From Ostrea edulis (lineage: Eukaryota), in the NCBI RefSeq assembly GCF_947568905.1, contig NC_079169.1, positions 6,758,001 to 6,822,000 of the forward strand: DNA of 64,000 bases, read 5' to 3'. Below the pieces are notes generated by a model, which was not told the DNA's origin, did no database searches, and was given only the letters and a program-made list of their open reading frames with translations. The translations under genes were made by a program, and so were the position numbers. The stretch's first letter is position 1; every line of letters starts with the position of its first letter. Positions 61,022 through 64,000 of the stretch are shown here, one piece after another.

Positions 61022-63979
61022 TATAGAATTTACTTCCATATTTAATTTTATAAGGTGTTTATTCCAACATATTTTATTCAGTCATGATAATGTTTGAATA
61101 TTGGTATTGCGTTTCCGAATCATGAAGTGATGAGACATAAACAACACAACACACAGGTTTGAGACCCAATCGTAACTGCTCGGCTCTTTCCGTAATTGGT
61201 TACGGAAAAGGACGAGTGTTATCCGATTGGTTTGACACCGTCCATGTATTTCATACACTCGATGGAAACCTAATATTTAGAGTAAAACTTGTTTCAAATG
61301 AATAACACTCTATATAATTTTATGGCTAAGTTGCTATACAGATACAAACCTGTATGTGTTTTCTCAGCATTATTCATCCTTAGTCTGGGTCTTACAGAGA
61401 TATATGCAATACAAACTTTGTCATAATATTTCTTCATTTTTGATTGTCCAACAAAATCATAATATTTTGTATTTGGTTTCATCTACCGTTATATATCGGG
61501 TGCAAATGGTACCCAGATGTTTATACACTTAATACATGCAATATTACGAATGTTATACCGGTGTATGGGAAATCCATTATAAGACAATCTATTATCAGCA
61601 TGCTTGGATTGAACGTATTCTATATTGCAATAATTCTTGAAAAAGCCAATTGTTTCAAATTCTGTTGTATTTGAATTGATTATTCTAGTGACTTAATTAT
61701 CAAGAACCATGGAGATAACATATGATTTATAGAAGCATATATTTGATATTAAAGCCTAATTCAAATAATTTATACTGCATATTCATGAAACATGTAGTGC
61801 ATCTTTTTTTATTTAATTGTACGTTAAGTTTTTTTTATATGAAGATAATAAAGTGCTGTGCTAGGAGTTGATGGAGAGTCGCTGTTTTTATTTTGTGTCC
61901 ACAATGCGTTCTTTATGTAACATTGTTATTTATGTAACATTGTTAACTGTTCGCCCAATTTAAACATTGTTATGAATTTGCTATCGATGCATATAAGCCT
62001 TGGTTGGGATGTAAGGAAATGCACTGAATGGAAAATTTAATGTATGCTCTTTCGAATTGGATTAATGATTCATGGATATTGACAAAGGTTTTGTTCTCCT
62101 CAGTTTTAAAATATGAGCCCATTCAGCAGCAAATAGTGAAATACATGGAACACAATGTTTACCTGCCAAGAATTGAAAAAAAAAATGTTCTCGACATTAT
62201 TCGAAATCATCGTTCAAATACTAAATTCATTCCAAAATAACCAAACGGTTAAATGACATGTACAATGTTAAAGCTTCATGTATGTACTGGAGACTGTTGA
62301 AGTACATCCATGGAATAGTGGATCGTCTCATGACAGAAGTGTGACCCAGTTTAAAAACTAATTTAGTAGCCTGGACTCGTGTGATAGACAAGTGTTTGCG
62401 GAAAATATTTTTAAGGACGATTTAAAAGGAGTTCAGGACATTATTACGGTGCATTTTTTTTGGAGGGAGTAGGATCTATTAAGTATCTAGTACTAAGGCG
62501 GGCGTGTAAAATTGCATAATCTGATTGAATATAAGTCAGTGTTTGGGAAGTCACAACCGATGCAGAACAGCGATAATGGCCCAACAATGATTAAGTAAAA
62601 GTTTACTACGCAACGTTGAAATATTGCACGAGCACAGGATTGATTTTGTGAGTGATGTAAAACCTACACGACTCCGAGGATTAGATCCACTGTCAGCAAT
62701 ATCCCTCTCATTGTGACGAATTGCCGGAATTTAGAGGGCAACAACGAAAATACTAAGGTTAGGTTCATGAGAGAGGATTCGATAAACCTACCCAGATAAG
62801 GTTTGTTTATTTGTATACATGCATCGTAGAGCTGTTTTCTATTTACACAATTACAACTATGACAGCGTCATAAGGGAAGCATGTAAATTAGAGTTTACTA
62901 TGTGCATGACACGTTTTGTTAGAAAATTAAAATATTCATATAAAGCATTTCCACCTGAACATTGTGTTACCTGTACAGAGTGTGTGTGTAATGGTCATTA
63001 GAATAAATCATGCTCCTTTCAGGTGATGTCAATTGCAGATGGCTACAAATATTACAGGTATGGCGTTAAAAAAGATTAAGACTTACACTGTAGATTAACA
63101 TTTACCTGTATGGGATCTCATAGCATGTCATCTTGACAGACAAGATTACTACACAATACAGTGGTGTCGAAAACAAAGAAAGGCATGTGCTTGAAAATTT
63201 AAAAACTGTTCCAATGTTGTTTTCCCAGTTTCGATGTATTATATTCCTGAATAAAAGCATCAATCTCTCCACTGACATAACAACGTACATATATCTATGA
63301 AAAAGAAAATGTTCAGTTGTAAGGAATAGATGGTTAGCTTGTTAGTATTACAGAGAGACATAAAAAAATGACAGTATTGGATAATTTTCACATTTTCCGC
63401 CAATTATACAGATTCATCCAAACCTCCATTGTTTGTATATCTTCTATATTTGTTGTTAGATGAGGACTCTGAATCACCATTTTCAACACCAGAAAGAGGC
63501 CATGTCGCCATAACAACCGAAGACGGTAATCAGAAACAATAGCTGCTTCGTAATTTAAATTACAAAAAAAAAAAAAAAAAGAAAGAAAAAAAGAACAAGC
63601 ATGCAAATCTGTAGTCGAAGTTGTTAAAACACATAGGATAAAATTTAAATTTTTTTATTCTCTTTCTGTATCTAGTCCACTTTTCGTGTTTTTCCCGAAG
63701 ACTGTCAACAGTCTATTCAATGGGATGAAAGATAACAAAGATACATATTGTGTGCAATGTGCAATGATTAATGTTTTAATGAATTTTCATTCTATGGGCA
63801 CGCGACATATAACACATTCTAAATCTTCAATTTTAAGATTATTTATGAAAAATTATTTTACCACTTTACATGTATATATTGGACCAGTTTTCAATTTAAC
63901 CCTAGATACACACAGTATTATGTGCACATTTATTGACCGAATCAGCATTGTGATGCTGACTGGTCAAACATTTAAAAAT

Positions 63980-64000
63980 CTAGAGGTAGGATCAGGTGCC
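63980..64000 (-). mobile_element. Start of another Penelope-like 3' fragment at the window edge
   Basis: ctagaggtaggatcaggtgcc matches 55443-55461. Confidence 0.55.

Noticed and set aside
1-64000. Fanzor/TnpB, Cas or intact transposase/RT genes
   Set aside because: No ORF with recognisable RuvC motifs; all TE ORFs seen are short, frameshifted or interrupted. Very degenerate remnants cannot be excluded without an HMM search.

Overview
AT-rich, intron-containing animal DNA. The repeat set (Helentron-type HINEs with ~166-bp satellite monomers, tRNA-headed SINEs, abundant Penelope-like RT fragments) points to a bivalve, most likely an oyster; this is inference. By reading splice sites I reconstructed five protein-coding genes: two tandem pyrroline-5-carboxylate reductase paralogues (+, 13929-20465 and 25946-36341, six exons each), a CMC1 twin-CX9C cytochrome-c-oxidase assembly factor (-, 44510-39563, four exons), a glycine-rich-domain protein of the GRDP/DUF1399 family (+, 47816-50844, five exons), and an orphan single-pass membrane protein with PPxY/LPxY and PDZ-binding motifs (+, 58446-61021). 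The rest is a dense mosaic of nested TEs (a Mariner carrying four nested insertions, Penelope-like fragments, SINEs, hAT/Harbinger/Mutator/Kolobok-type non-autonomous elements, HINEs) and minisatellites. The best leads are a minimal hammerhead ribozyme motif, a cluster of perfect ATF4-type elements in one PYCR copy, a possible shared CMC1/GRDP promoter, tandemly duplicated splice sites in two genes, a possible MITE-bounded composite transposon, and a SINE family with a fixed 5' end but no clear Pol III head. I saw no CRISPR array, Cas, TnpB/Fanzor or intact transposase. All coordinates were counted by hand; TE boundaries without TSDs are approximate.
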